NCBI RefSeq assembly: GCF_001194135.2
Contig: NC_068993.1
Location: forward strand, 13,744,188 to 13,780,541
DNA: 36,354 bases
From: Octopus bimaculoides
Taxonomy: Eukaryota
Reading direction: 5' to 3'
In this document: positions 21,611-34,943 of the stretch, one piece after another
Layout of the letters: the number at the start of each line of letters is the position of its first letter
How positions within the stretch are numbered: the stretch's first letter is position 1
Made by a program: the position numbers and the translations under genes
Notes under the pieces: generated by a model
Database searches by the model: none
Told to the model about the DNA's origin: nothing
What the model saw: only the letters and a program-made list of their open reading frames with translations

Positions 21611-22684
21611 GTATAGGCTGAAGAAAACGCCTCAATCATTTGAAAGCTCTCTTATATTAGCCATAACAATCGCCCCATTTAAACAAGACTACTGGGGTTT
21701 AGATTCTTTTAAAAGCATTAACACTATTTCAAGCCTTCAAACTAGATATGCGATTCTAATATGTAGCTGTGCTTTTTTTTTATCTGCAGAGATTGATATA
21801 TGCATGAATTGCATGGGTGCTGAAAAACCGGCATGTAACTACTCAAAGGAATTGTGAAATATTCATTGTTGTTATGGATCGTCTCATGGCTAGCGTAAAT
21901 AACAAACAGGCAAACGACTGCTGGGTAACACACACGGCGATTTAGTTTAGAAATCACTAAATTGTAATTGTCAGGTTCCTCAGAGAGTTTGAAAGTTTTT
22001 AAAGTGACATTGAAATTAATAATTAGAAAGATATGATCTGAAATACTAGGTGACATTAAAATAAAAAGCTATAATATCAAGGAATGATATGATAATTACT
22101 TGGTCTTAGAGTTGTGCATTAGAATGCAATTCCAAATACGAAATGCAATAGAATAATGTCATCAGATACTGTAACCTACTACGACTTTAAAATAGATGTT
22201 AAACTGATCCGAAAGTATATGACAGAGCAAATAGAAACGTAAAAGAATGCTACATTAAAACTGGACACTCTGACCTCAGAGACTGACCACACACCGGTCG
22301 ACCAACTGAGTTCAACTGAATCAACTTTTTCATGAAAAACCGACATCAAACGACTAGAGATTTGACGGAGGAGATGGTTTGTGATAACAAAAAAAAAAGA
22401 CCCTGGTGAACTACCTTCACTCAATAGACAAGGTTCAGAAACTCAGCGCTTGTGTATATGTATGGCTCGAGAAACGACAAACAACAACAGAAACACCAAC
22501 TTATATATGCATAGCACGATAAAATGTGATACAAACGCCGGTGAGTATAAGTGCATGCATGGAGGCATGTATGTGTGAGTGTTTGTAGGTGCACGCGTAT
22601 GTATACGAAAAATATTAGGTCAGATTAAGACTACCTGAAGTAGAAATAGGTCTGTATACAATTTAAACGTAACTGTAAAGCAAA

Positions 22685-22725
<41 letters not shown>

Positions 22726-23679
22726 GTATATATACATATATATCTGTATATATTATATATTATATATATATATAGGTATTTGTGTATGTTTATGTACATA
22801 TATATTTATATGTGAATGTATATGCAGACGTATAAACATATACATATAAACACGCATATAAGCATACATATGTATATATTCCTATGCATGCACACACACA
22901 GACTTGTACGTATACATGCTCATAGAAAAATAGACAGTGAGCGAGGGAGAGAGGGATAAGGGAATGGAGTGAAAAACGAGAAAAGTATAAAATAAAAAAA
23001 AGAGAACGAGATATTATGTAGAATTTCATATCACTTCACAAAAATATACATATATCATTTGGGAAGTTTTTCTCAGTTGGGAAAAAAATAAAAATACAAT
23101 GAATGGTAAAACATCAATATCTTTGCTTTATACATGTGATTCATTTCGAGACGTGCGCTTTGATGGACAATGAAAGCAGGGTCTCCAATGATACAATCAA
23201 CGAAGACTTCAATAATTTCCTAATGAGAAAAAATGAGAATAACAAGCTATTATATACTTAAGCATACTAACAGTCACATCGTCAAAGACGTTTTATATTC
23301 TTATTTTTTCTTACGTATCAATACACTATCAGTAGATTACAAAACAATATTTTGTTATACTGTTTATTTTAGATTGCTAGAAATATAAAATCTCATAGGT
23401 AAACCACAATTACGATCTTCTCGCAATGAAATGCGTTTAATTATTTATTCAAGAGATATGTGGAGAAAAACAAACAATATTACTGTATACTCACAGTCTA
23501 TTAAGGCTTTTGAAAAATATGTTTGAAGAAGAAAACCTCAGTGTGTCGCAATTTGTTCAGCTTGTAAAATACACACTAGGACGTTTGCGTGCAAAATGAA
23601 CAGCCCCCACCACACATACACACACATAGACACACATACATAGCTATGCTTGTACGTGTGTGCATTTGTGTATCTGTGA

Positions 23680-23733
<54 letters not shown>

Positions 23734-24879
23734 GCACACATATACGTACTTATATATACATATACGTACTTATAAACATGTGTGTTCGTGTGTTCTTTAG
23801 GATGTATTTATTGAAAAATAGATTGTAGGTACAATCATATTACAAGAATTCCCTTCGGAATGTAATGTCACAAAATTATCTTTATATAAATTTTTATAAC
23901 AAATACGTAAAACACGCACAGTAAGGCACTGCCACACACACACGCACATAGTGACGCGTGTACACGCGCACACACATATAGTACATGCACATACATATAG
24001 ATGTGTATGTATATACATGGATATAAGTATTTATAAGTATAGCTATGTATATTTGTATGTATAGCTAAAAGTCATAAAGGAAAGGATATGCATAAAACGT
24101 ATGCTTGTTTTCCCATCACTATTTAAGCGCAAGAAGATCTATCGTATGTAATCACGATAGGGGATCTGAATGAAATTATTTTCATACATATATTATGGGA
24201 GTATTATGTTCTTACCGAAAGCTTTCTTACTTTGTTTTTGTCTGCTATCGTGCTAAATAAATAACAGTCTCCACTGATAAACGAGAAATGATCAAAGATG
24301 TTTTCTACAAACACACACACACATACATATATATAATGACTACCAGCAAAAGAATATACTACGTATAAAGAAATAGTGAATATTGCGTTCATAAGAAATA
24401 CCACTAGAGTTATATGAATAGGAAGTAAAAGACGAACACGCATCCATTGACATTCAAGGAAGGCATATGAGGAGGTTTAGTATTTGTGGTATTAACACAA
24501 TGTGTATATATAATAAACGTGTTTAATGCTATTGTTATGTTAAAAATATCTTAATCTTGGGTGTAACAACCGACGTGTTCCTGTCGCCACCCCTATAGAT
24601 ATTTTCAGTGAATTCTACGTTAAACTGTTTGTAAATTTCAACGCCCTTATTATCTAGTTGATATTAGATATAATAGAATATTTGAGACATACACTAACTA
24701 TTAATAACCTAATGTTTAAAATAGAAATATTTGATAAATAATCTACTGAAATCCTGATGCAAAATTTTCATATGAATAGCTACAAAAATGTTGGCACATT
24801 TCTCTGAGTGAGTAAAATTATCTGTTTTTATAAATGATATTAAAATGCTAACAGTATTCATTTCAAACTCTATCGTCAA

Positions 24880-25098
24880 TTGTTGTTGGCACTCCGTCGC
24901 TTACGACGTCGAGGGTTCCAGTTGGTCCGATCAACGGAACAGCCTGCTCGTAAAATTAACGTGCACGTGGCTGAGCACTCAACAGGCACGTGTACCCTTA
25001 ACGTATATCGGGGATATTCAGCGTGACACAATGTGACATGGCTGGCCCTTTGAAATACAGGTACAACAGAAACATGAAGTAAGAGTGAGAGAAAGTCT
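24880..25098 (-). mobile_element. SINE family 1b, 3' body
   Basis: GTTCCAGTTGGTCCGATCAACGGAACAGCCTGCTCGTAAAATTAACGTGCACGTGGCTGAGCACTC aligns with 32130-32200. On the minus strand it ends in a CGTCG-TAAG-CGACG stem-loop and a short (ACA)n tail. Runs into a gap. Confidence 0.8.
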
Positions 25099-25720
25099 NN
25101 NNNNNNNNNNNNNNNNNNNNNNNNNNNNNNNNNNNNNNNNNNNNNNNNNNNNNNNNNNNNNNNNNNNNNNNNNNNNNNNNNNNNNNNNNNNNNNNNNNNN
25201 NNNNNNNNNNNNNNNNNNNNNNNNNNNNNNNNNNNNNNNNNNNNNNNNNNNNNNNNNNNNNNNNNNNNNNNNNNNNNNNNNNNNNNNNNNNNNNNNNNNN
25301 NNNNNNNNNNNNNNNNNNNNNNNNNNNNNNNNNNNNNNNNNNNNNNNNNNNNNNNNNNNNNNNNNNNNNNNNNNNNNNNNNNNNNNNNNNNNNNNNNNNN
25401 NNNNNNNNNNNNNNNNNNNNNNNNNNNNNNNNNNNNNNNNNNNNNNNNNNNNNNNNNNNNNNNNNNNNNNNNNNNNNNNNNNNNNNNNNNNNNNNNNNNN
25501 NNNNNNNNNNNNNNNNNNNNNNNNNNNNNNNNNNNNNNNNNNNNNNNNNNNNNNNNNNNNNNNNNNNNNNNNNNNNNNNNNNNNNNNNNNNNNNNNNNNN
25601 NNNNNNNNNNNNNNNNNNNNNNNNNNNNNNNNNNNNNNNNNNNNNNNNNNNNNNNNNNNNNNNNNNNNNNNNNNNNNNNNNNNNNNNNNNNNNNNNNNNN
25701 NNNNNNNNNNNNNNNNNNNN
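25099..25720. other. Assembly gap (N-run)
   Basis: N-run; the left flank is SINE-associated sequence rather than (TA)n. Confidence 1.
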
Positions 25721-26718
25721 NATATATACATATATATATTACGTGTTATTAATATAATATACTTGTCTTCTGTCCTTTTTCTTTTGTCAGATTTGTATTA
25801 GGGGAGGTTTTCAATGTTTGTTTAATGGGAGGGATGTTCTCCCTTAATTGCCGTTCTGCTTTATATGCACCTTTGAATGAGAACGATCTCAAACCCACCC
25901 TGACTTATTTTCCTCAATCCTAGCATTCACGTTCAGAGTGAGTGCCATTACTTTTCCACTCTCTTTATACACCTAATCGTGTTTATACCATGCTGATTGC
26001 TGTCCCAATTATGCTCTCTCGAACAACGACTCACAAAAATTATTAGGCATATCATAACAAAAAAAAAAAAGAAAGAATATGCTAGAAATGCCGCTTGTAG
26101 TTCCTGGATTAAATTTTATTCTAAAGGCATATCTTTCACTGTTGAAACGCTTTGACCAACGGGCAACCAATATTCTCAAGTACTGAAGATGTTTCGAGCA
26201 ATATGGTATTTAACGTTGAGATGATAGGAAATGTTTGCATGACCGATTGAATATGAACTTGTGAAATTTCCATTTTGTCTACTTCTAAAGTACAAGTGTT
26301 ATAACATAGAAACTCGGTTAGGAAACATACTTATAATTATTAATATTATTAATGAAAAAAAAAAAGAAGACAACTTTAATATCAGAAGCCAGAGAACATA
26401 CGTGGATAGATTTCAACATATATATTTTCATTAAATATTATCCAATGAAAAATGTCGTAGTTAGCAGCCTACAGACATTTAAACAAAGATACAATATAAG
26501 TTAAGAAAATTTCTTTGTCTCTTATTGTGTCTACATTCATATAATCCAAAAATGTTTTAAAACATGTAACGCACATAATATCAGAAGTCGTGTTCATTCA
26601 TATATCAGTGTTATTGCTTCAGGTAAATTAAATTTATAAAAAAAAAAAAAATTAATAATAAAAGCTATACACATATCTTCTTGGTAATTCTTCGGAAACT
26701 AACACGGGTGAAGAAACC

Positions 26719-26810
26719 AAGATGGCGAATTTGAAGATTTCTAGCTCTTGCTGTTCAAATCCTGCTGTGGTAACATTGCCTCTCATTCTTTTGGGTTAGA
26801 TAAATAAAAC
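26719..26810 (+). mobile_element. SINE family 2, old internally deleted copy
   Basis: AAGATGGCGAATTTG...GTTCAAATCCTGCTGTGGTAACATTGCCTCTCATTCTTTTGGGTTAGATAAATAA parallels AAGGCGGCGAGATGG...GTTCAAATTCGGCCAAGGTCGATTTTTCTTTTATCCTTTCGGGGTCAATAAATTAA at 32485. Confidence 0.6.
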
Positions 26811-27469
26811 GGTCTATTCTTTCGCTTGCTCGGACTTTTTAGAGGAAAGGACGAGTCGAGTTCAGCCACGTTTAAATGACCAAGAGATGGCGCGTTTGAC
26901 AACAGTGCTCCTAAGAAACCATCATAAGTTATGAACCCACAGGCACTTAAAGTGAAAATACGGCTGCACTAATCAGAGCGCAAGAAGTATTTTCTCGAAA
27001 ATGTCACAAAATGAATTGAGAAATTTAGAGATGATATTGGTTTATGTGTGCTAGAATAAATACTTTCATTTAGAGTGAAACGTAAATCTCATTGAGGTTC
27101 TATTTCTTGAGCCAGAGACCTAACATTTCTTCATACCCCGACACGATGTGCTCTCCTAAATCTTATTGTTGGTTATGAAATTCTATGTACTTAATTCAGA
27201 AACTGAACGTTTCTTTATACCCAAAACTTTTCTCAGCTTAATTTTCTGACAAATCCATTTTTTTTTAGAACGTTAAAGAATTAACATTCAATAAAAAAGA
27301 AATCGATTTCCATGTTTCTATTTCGAAGTGATTTATCAGCATTTTATCGTAGCTGATTGTCAATATGTATCATCACCCGATGATTGACGTATTGTGTGAA
27401 GACAATTGCAACAATCGATTGCATTTATTACATTTCTACATGGGATACCTATTTAACATGTATAGCATG

Positions 27470-27487
27470 GATATATATGTATGTTAT

Positions 27488-27534
<47 letters not shown>

Positions 27535-27770
27535 ACAGACACACACACATATATATGTTTGTGGGTGTGTGTGTATACATACATATACTTATATATACAT
27601 ATATAAAGTGCGTGTGTGCGTATACACGTATGTATATATGTATGAAGGCTGGAATACACATTCTTAACATGCAGGTACGCATATACACACATATACGTAC
27701 ATAGACACACGCGTGTGTGTGCGTGCGTGCATGCATGTTTGAGTGTGTGCGTACGTGTGCGTATGTATAT
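27470..27770. repeat. (CA)n/(TA)n/(TG)n microsatellite block
   Basis: Direct reading. Confidence 0.9.
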
Positions 27771-28711
27771 AACTGCATGCTATAATAGTTACATTTTGAG
27801 TGAATATATGATCATGACGAGCTTAACGTGAAATGGATGGCTGCACGCCAGGGAATACGAGATTCGAGATCCAATAGTAAGTCTAATTGAGACGATTCAT
27901 CATTTTCTTCGACTTGCGAGTATTCGAACGGCTTCCTGTTGGCAAATCAGAACATCCAATGCGATGATTTAATCTAGACACACGGATCCTTATATTACGA
28001 TTGTTGAAATAAATAATTTACTAAGAATTTAATATATTGCTCGAAAATATTAGTTACAAGGTTGATGAAATTCCAGCAATGATCGAATTCTAGTCGCCAT
28101 GTTGACCAATAAATTACCATTAAATCCTGCCGTAGAACCGCTAACACAATTGATAAAATTTCTTTCATGAGATTGCGTACTGTTATGTACGTACTCTCTG
28201 TTCTCCACTATCCATTTCGTTAAGCCTTAACATTTCAACACGGCTACACGTCTTTTTGCAGCTCACGCACCACAGCTCTATACTGTGCATGTCAACGAAT
28301 AAAGGAAGCTGTATTAGGGTGCTTGTAATTATTATACCTGCAAGAAATAGTGAACAAATCTATTTGAAAACGTACTGCAACGCGCGAAAGATTGGATAGC
28401 AATTTTGCATACTCTAGTTAAAAAAAAGAAACATGTCGTCTGCAAGAAGTAGCGAGACAAGGTGAAATCTTATCTGGAACATAGCTTTATTATTTTTCAG
28501 CTTGACCAAGTGAAAGCTGTGATGTATTAGTGTAATATACTTCTTGATATTATTCTATTAACATGTTTACTAGACCATAGTATTGAGATGAAGAAGTAAA
28601 ACGTAATCATATCGTTTCTATTGCCAGAGAGTCAAGTACATATAAACGGATAAAACAGCACATTACGAACATCTAAACTGTTATCAAGTATATATATATA
28701 TATATATATAT

Positions 28712-29120
28712 NNNNNNNNNNNNNNNNNNNNNNNNNNNNNNNNNNNNNNNNNNNNNNNNNNNNNNNNNNNNNNNNNNNNNNNNNNNNNNNNNNNNNNNNN
28801 NNNNNNNNNNNNNNNNNNNNNNNNNNNNNNNNNNNNNNNNNNNNNNNNNNNNNNNNNNNNNNNNNNNNNNNNNNNNNNNNNNNNNNNNNNNNNNNNNNNN
28901 NNNNNNNNNNNNNNNNNNNNNNNNNNNNNNNNNNNNNNNNNNNNNNNNNNNNNNNNNNNNNNNNNNNNNNNNNNNNNNNNNNNNNNNNNNNNNNNNNNNN
29001 NNNNNNNNNNNNNNNNNNNNNNNNNNNNNNNNNNNNNNNNNNNNNNNNNNNNNNNNNNNNNNNNNNNNNNNNNNNNNNNNNNNNNNNNNNNNNNNNNNNN
29101 NNNNNNNNNNNNNNNNNNNN
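28712..29120. other. Assembly gap (N-run)
   Basis: N-run after (TA)n. Confidence 1.
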
Positions 29121-29253
29121 ATATAATTGGTCCGCATGGGGCTATAGGGTAATATGCAAGCGCTCAACCTTGACTGCATTCCATCGTATCGCACAATGGT
29201 CCCCAATCTACGGTACACAAAAATCGTGCTGACATCCCTGAACTAAATTCAAA

Positions 29254-29291
<38 letters not shown>

Positions 29292-30204
29292 TCATAGACG
29301 TTTATGAATGTTGCAGCAATTTGTCTGATTTTCACGAAAATTTATTTTCTTCTTGTAGATATTTACTCTGATTCCCAACAACGTTATTGCATTAAAGGAT
29401 TTGTAAGATGCAAGACTACAGGATATAGGTTTCGTTTTGTTTTTGCAATTTTCTGATTTTTTATTTTTCATTTTGGATATGGAGAAGCCTTTGCTCTTAG
29501 TAAATCACCACGGAGTCGCCCCCGTGTCTCTCAGTATTCTAATAAATATTACAGGTAATATCTAACGCATCAAGTTAATATTTTAAAAGTAAGAGTTGGT
29601 ATAATATTACGTACTAGTGCCATCCGACCTTTTGTTCTTTGGTGTGGTTTAGAACATTATTCTCTAGTTATAGACACTACAATTGTTATGTCTTTTACTT
29701 ACTTTGAAGAATCATTTCCGTTAGGATTCCTACGCTACAACACCCCTCTACACAATGTTACTCATACTAACATTTGTGCTGGATTAATTTGCATTTCAGT
29801 TTTTGATAAATCTGAGTTGTTTTGGAGGCAAACACTTTTTTGTTTTGTTAAGAGAATAGTTGTCATTTTTTTACTGGCAGAAACATTGAAATTTTATGAA
29901 GAACATTTATTCAAGGCATTCTTTGATTTCGGGTGTGTTATGTTATTGCTATCTTATATTCTAGTAGTATTTTTCTCTCCATTTTCCAGTTTTGTCATTT
30001 CATTATTGATTTCATGAACGAGGAAGAAACAAACGAAAAAAAAAAAATTGTCACATTTTTTTATAAACCGTATGTTTGTTTTCCGTTTTGATGTTTTGAT
30101 ACTCATATTAATATATGGGTAGATCTGAGACCAGTACTTTCCATTGCGACTAAAGTCGCTGCTGCATATGTTATTTTGTTTACCCTGCTGACTTTGATAT
30201 CGTA

Positions 30205-30222
30205 CTATTACTACTACTGCTG

Positions 30223-30274
<52 letters not shown>

Positions 30275-30480
30275 CGGTGTTGAAAATGCAGCTGATGGTG
30301 ATGACGGTGGCAACGTCTACGAAGACGACCATCATCTCTACCACTGCGACGACAACGACGAAGACAACACCGCCGCCGCCGCCGACGACGACGACGACAA
30401 CGCCGACCACGACGGCAACGGTGACGATAAACGATGTTAAAGATGATGACGATGATGATGCTGATGATCCGACGGCTGCA
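30205..30480. repeat. (CTA)n followed by degenerate GAC/GAT/GCC trinucleotide low-complexity tract
   Basis: Direct reading; triplet phase maintained. Confidence 0.9.
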
Positions 30481-30774
30481 GCTATTGTACATTTGTGCTT
30501 CCTGTTTTACAACCTCTAGGAATGGGTCAAATCTAGTAATGTGGGTACGGACGGGTCAAAAGTATGTACGGAAATGTGACTTCGCACTATGCAAGATGGT
30601 TCCCATAAGTGTTATAAACAGTGTATTTATTGATTCTGACTGAGATATAGAGCGTAAACCTATCCATTGGATTTTCCGTAATTTCTAAAGCTTTAATTCC
30701 GACCATCAAGTGCTTCACATATTGAGTCCTTAGACTCATTTTCTTAACAACGATGCCAAGGTTGCTTCCTTATA

Positions 30775-31074
30775 NNNNNNNNNNNNNNNNNNNNNNNNNN
30801 NNNNNNNNNNNNNNNNNNNNNNNNNNNNNNNNNNNNNNNNNNNNNNNNNNNNNNNNNNNNNNNNNNNNNNNNNNNNNNNNNNNNNNNNNNNNNNNNNNNN
30901 NNNNNNNNNNNNNNNNNNNNNNNNNNNNNNNNNNNNNNNNNNNNNNNNNNNNNNNNNNNNNNNNNNNNNNNNNNNNNNNNNNNNNNNNNNNNNNNNNNNN
31001 NNNNNNNNNNNNNNNNNNNNNNNNNNNNNNNNNNNNNNNNNNNNNNNNNNNNNNNNNNNNNNNNNNNNNNNNNN
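30775..31074. other. Assembly gap (N-run)
   Basis: N-run, TA flanks. Confidence 1.
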
Positions 31075-32104
31075 TATATATATATGTATGTATACGTAAA
31101 CTTCGCTTTCTGTCAAGATCTCTATGTGTTGAAGAATATGATGAAGAGGACGACTGCATCGCAGTTGTTTTTTGTTTCTCAGTTGTTTAATCTCGTAGAT
31201 CAAACAATATTTTGCATTGCAGGCACAGCTTTGTTATGTCTATGGATGTTTATGGTCTTCAAAAATTTCACATAGCCACGGACAAAGTGAACGATGGTTT
31301 CGTCATATTTTCCAAACACTCTCTTCTGCAGCTCTCTCCTTTTTCTGATGATAATATAGTACAGTGTCCCTCAATCCATCCGGCACTGTTTTCTCTTCTT
31401 TGGTATTGTGTTTTTAACAGATCGGTTGAATCTGATTTTCAAATGATGATTCGTACACACACACGCACACACACACAAAAAACAAAAACACGCCCACACT
31501 GATGTATATATAGATGCATATGTAATACACAACTATATGTATACATATGTATGTGCGTGTTTGTGTGTGTGTGTGAGTGTGTGTAGGCATACATATATGT
31601 GTATGTATGTGTATAGGTACGCAGTTATGCTTTGCGTCCTGATATTTGTTTTATTTTATTTTGACATTTAGCATTCCTGGGGAAATTATTTTTTGCTTTT
31701 TCCTAGCAATGCAGGTAATTGAATAATTTTATTTTTCATGATCGTTTTTCAGAAATTGATTAAACTAGGAAAATGTGAAATACCTACTTCAGTGTCAACT
31801 GCGAAACTCTGTAAGAAAATCCATTTGCCGTATTACCCAAATTTATATGGCAACAATATTACCTTTTCTGACAGCTTGAATATCTGAGCAAAAGAATATT
31901 AGAAAAAGAAAAAAAAGGTAAAAACAAAAACCATTGCTGAGATGAAATAGTCATAAAACAGAGAAAATAGCAAAGGATATATGAAGGACCAAATAAAGGA
32001 TATTAATGCTGCATATTCAGAAGGAACAACGGCATGAAGAAGCTAACTCAAAGAAGGAATTAGAGAATATCCACGATAAAACAAGGGGCATAATTTCAAG
32101 GAAG

Positions 32105-32392
32105 GGACACTGTCGTTTACGACGACAAGTGTTCCAGTTGATTCGATCAACGGAATAGCCTGTTCTTGAAATTAACGTGCAAGTGGCTGAGCATTCTACA
32201 GGGAGATTCAGAGTGACATAGAATGGGAAAAGGCTGGCTCTCTGAATTACCCGTACTACTCATTTTTGCCAGCTGAGAGACTGGAATGACTTGAAATTAA
32301 ATGTCTTGCTCAAGGAGACAACAAGCCAATGTGAATCGAACTCACAACCTGGCGATAATGAGTCGAATACGGTAAACACAAATCCATGGACC
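32105..32392 (-). mobile_element. SINE family 1b, near full length (tRNA head, CORE-like centre, 3' body)
   Basis: Reverse complement has the B-box GTGAGTTCGATTC, then GTCTCCTTGAGCAAGACATTTAATTTC..CTCAGCTGGCAAAAATGAGTAG, then the body shared with 24880-25050, ending GTCG-TAAA-CGAC. Confidence 0.85.
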
Positions 32393-32484
32393 TTCCCAAT
32401 ATTACAGATGTATACACTGATATCAAATAGAATTATTATAATAGAAGTCTTTGAAAATATGTATTTTATTCTAATACTTCTTCT

Positions 32485-32650
32485 AAGGCGGCGAGATGGC
32501 AGAAACGTTAGCCCGCCGGGCGAAATGCTTAGTAGTATTTCGTCTGCCGTTACGTTCTGAGTTCAAATTCGGCCAAGGTCGATTTTTCTTTTATCCTTTC
32601 GGGGTCAATAAATTAAGTACCAGTTGGGTCGATGTAATCGGCTTAACACC
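32485..32650 (+). mobile_element. SINE family 2, best-preserved copy
   Basis: AAGGCGGCGAGATGGCAGAAACGTTAG (A-box-like) ... GAGTTCAAATTC (B-box-like) ... GGTCGA..TTTATCCTTTCGGGGTCAATAAATTAAGTACCAGTTGGGTCGATGTAATCG. Three other copies in the window. Confidence 0.9.
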
Positions 32651-34479
32651 TTTATTACATGAACCAACGAAGCACTTAGAACCAAAATAGCTGAAATAAA
32701 CACTGGAAGGAAACTCGTCCAATTCTCTCAAACGACCATCCAAACTGATATGTTATTTTATCGTAATCGTAATCGTAAGGAAGGCGATTTTGCCCACAGC
32801 GCAAATTGAAGTCAGACTGCAGTGAGCCTGTTCAAATGTGGCTAGATATTTTGTTGTACGCTTCAGCAAGTGTGGTACTTCACCACCAAACGCACCAGAA
32901 ATTCATGTAAAGAGGTAGCGGTTTCTTTAATCTTTCTGACTCTCTCTTCTTTCTCTCTCTCTTTTTCTTTCTGTCTTTCTCTCTCTCCCCCTCTCTGTAT
33001 TTATCTACCTATTTATTTCCGTATATATTTGTCTATCTCGTTTCTGTTCTTCTTAGTGATCATGATGAGAACTTCCGCGACAAGCAATATTGCTTTCTCA
33101 ATATGAACGAAGCTGTCAAGTACGATTGATATGAAAATCTACTTGAATCGCCTATGAACTTCGTCTACAATTTATCTCTTGAATCCGAATTTTCTAACAT
33201 ATCAGTGCAGGATTCGTTGATGAGGCTAACATCAACGCTTACACTGTCGCCTTAAGTGAGCCGCAAATTTAGGCTATATTTCGATAACTTTCCTTCTATA
33301 TACTTTAATAACGTCATGCTCCGAAGTTTAACTTCATACATTTCAAGTAATCTATATCGTCCAATATTTGTCTTTAACTTCCGACATACAGGTACTATCA
33401 ACAGACAATATTCATATAGTACACCAAGATGCTTTGCTTCAAACAGCAAAGAAGTAAACAGCAATAATTCGAAGATGTATGGCAAAAGGTTTGTAACAGT
33501 TCAAAGAAATATCAACTAAATTTACCAAAGTAACACTTACAAAACGCCGTAATAATAAATAACCAGAAATGGAGATTCTACACTATAGGATATAAGATGA
33601 TGTTGATATTCATGATTAGCCATTAAAGAATCATGTTTGGTCTCTAAACAAACAAAGGGTCTAACGTGTGTCCAACTCACAATGATTCTGCCGAGATTTG
33701 TATACCATTGTCCAAAGGACAGTCTACATTTCAGCAAATAACTTGTGATTTGATGGAGATTATCCTCATAACTCTAGTAGTTAGAACAAATGTATAGAGC
33801 CTACTATAGGTCACAGCCTGTATGATGCCCACTTGATACATACGTCAGCGGTTTCAATATACACCTATGACAGAAAAACTTAACAAATAGAAACAAAAAC
33901 CGACGACGACAACAACAACAACAAAATCAACTACAGATGTAAAGCTTTAAAGAAATAACACGTCTTTTGCTCAGACTGCATGTTTATTGTTTTTTTTGTT
34001 TTTGTTTTTGTGTGTTTCAGGACAGAAACTGCAATAAATCAGAACAACGACCAGAGCTCTACGGTCACATTGTAAATACCGTGTTAAATACCCTCTCAGT
34101 TAAATACTGCAGCTCAGTGAAGACCTGCAAACATGAGCAGAGACATTTTCAGGCAAGATATTACCGTTCGATTTTCCGTCACCCTGGATATGTTAACACA
34201 TCATGTCTTTTCTATCTAAGATGTTGTAGATATAATTTTTTGGGGTGGGGTTAATAGGACGACTATTTCTAGCGGATTGAGCGAGCGCATGAAGCCTTAT
34301 CTCTGCCGTGACATTTAGGTGACTCTCATCCAAGTCAAGGTGACCTAACATAGTTCATTAACAGCGTCCTACCTTTAACAAGTAATGAGGAATTGAAATT
34401 CCTACATGATATTATAGTCGTTTGATAGCATTCATATAAATGCTAAAAAAACGACATCAACAATATCAATAATAAAAAA

Positions 34480-34489
34480 AATAATAATG

Positions 34490-34545
<56 letters not shown>

Positions 34546-34546
34546 C
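34480..34546. repeat. (AAT)n microsatellite
   Basis: Direct reading. Confidence 0.95.
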
Positions 34547-34893
34547 AGAAGAAGAAGTGCGTAAACTGCTTTCTTCGTGGTGATTATGGTTTTAAAATTG
34601 CAATTTGCAAAATGTAAATGAAGAAATCCTGTAATTGGTAATAATATATAGAAGAGCAACACATACACATGAAAATGAGATAACATATTTGTGAACGACA
34701 ATAATTTAATCCATATTGAAATTGCATACGTCATCATAACAAAACTTGCTTTCATTTTCGAAAAAAAACAAACAAACAGGTAAAATAAAATAAAACTTCA
34801 AATTCATATTTGCAGCTGCAGTTGGTTTAAAGCATTGATTTCGATTTTCAGTTCTGCCGTCTAAATAAATATAAAGATACAATTCAAATCCCA

Positions 34894-34943
<50 letters not shown>

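Noticed and set aside
22245-22546. Ser/Thr-rich frame ATLKLDTLTSETDHTPVDQLSSTESTFS* and strong CCG|GTGAGT donor at 22541
   Set aside because: The frame is bounded by an upstream in-frame stop without an acceptor. The donor has no definable exon start; it could be a non-coding exon but that is unsupported.
26719-26727. AAGATGGCG (YY1-like promoter motif; also at 20761)
   Set aside because: At 26719 it is better explained as a mutated SINE-2 head (AAGGCGGCG). At 20761 there is no CpG island or other promoter support.
29121-29235. NWSAWG (TSP1-like) on the plus strand and DWGPLCD (SRCR-like) on the minus strand
   Set aside because: Only 5-7 residue resemblances, downstream cysteine patterns are absent, and the segment is truncated by a gap.
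30270-30480. Acidic peptide-like frame (DGDDGGNVYEDD...DDDDD) and Thr-rich ORF 30277-30519
   Set aside because: Continuous with the (CTA)n array; a degenerate trinucleotide repeat without splice or start context.
32485-32575. Possible tRNA genes at the A/B-box-containing heads (also 480-546, 8730-8812, 32330-32392)
   Set aside because: No cloverleaf, extended A-B spacing, and each continues into a shared SINE body.
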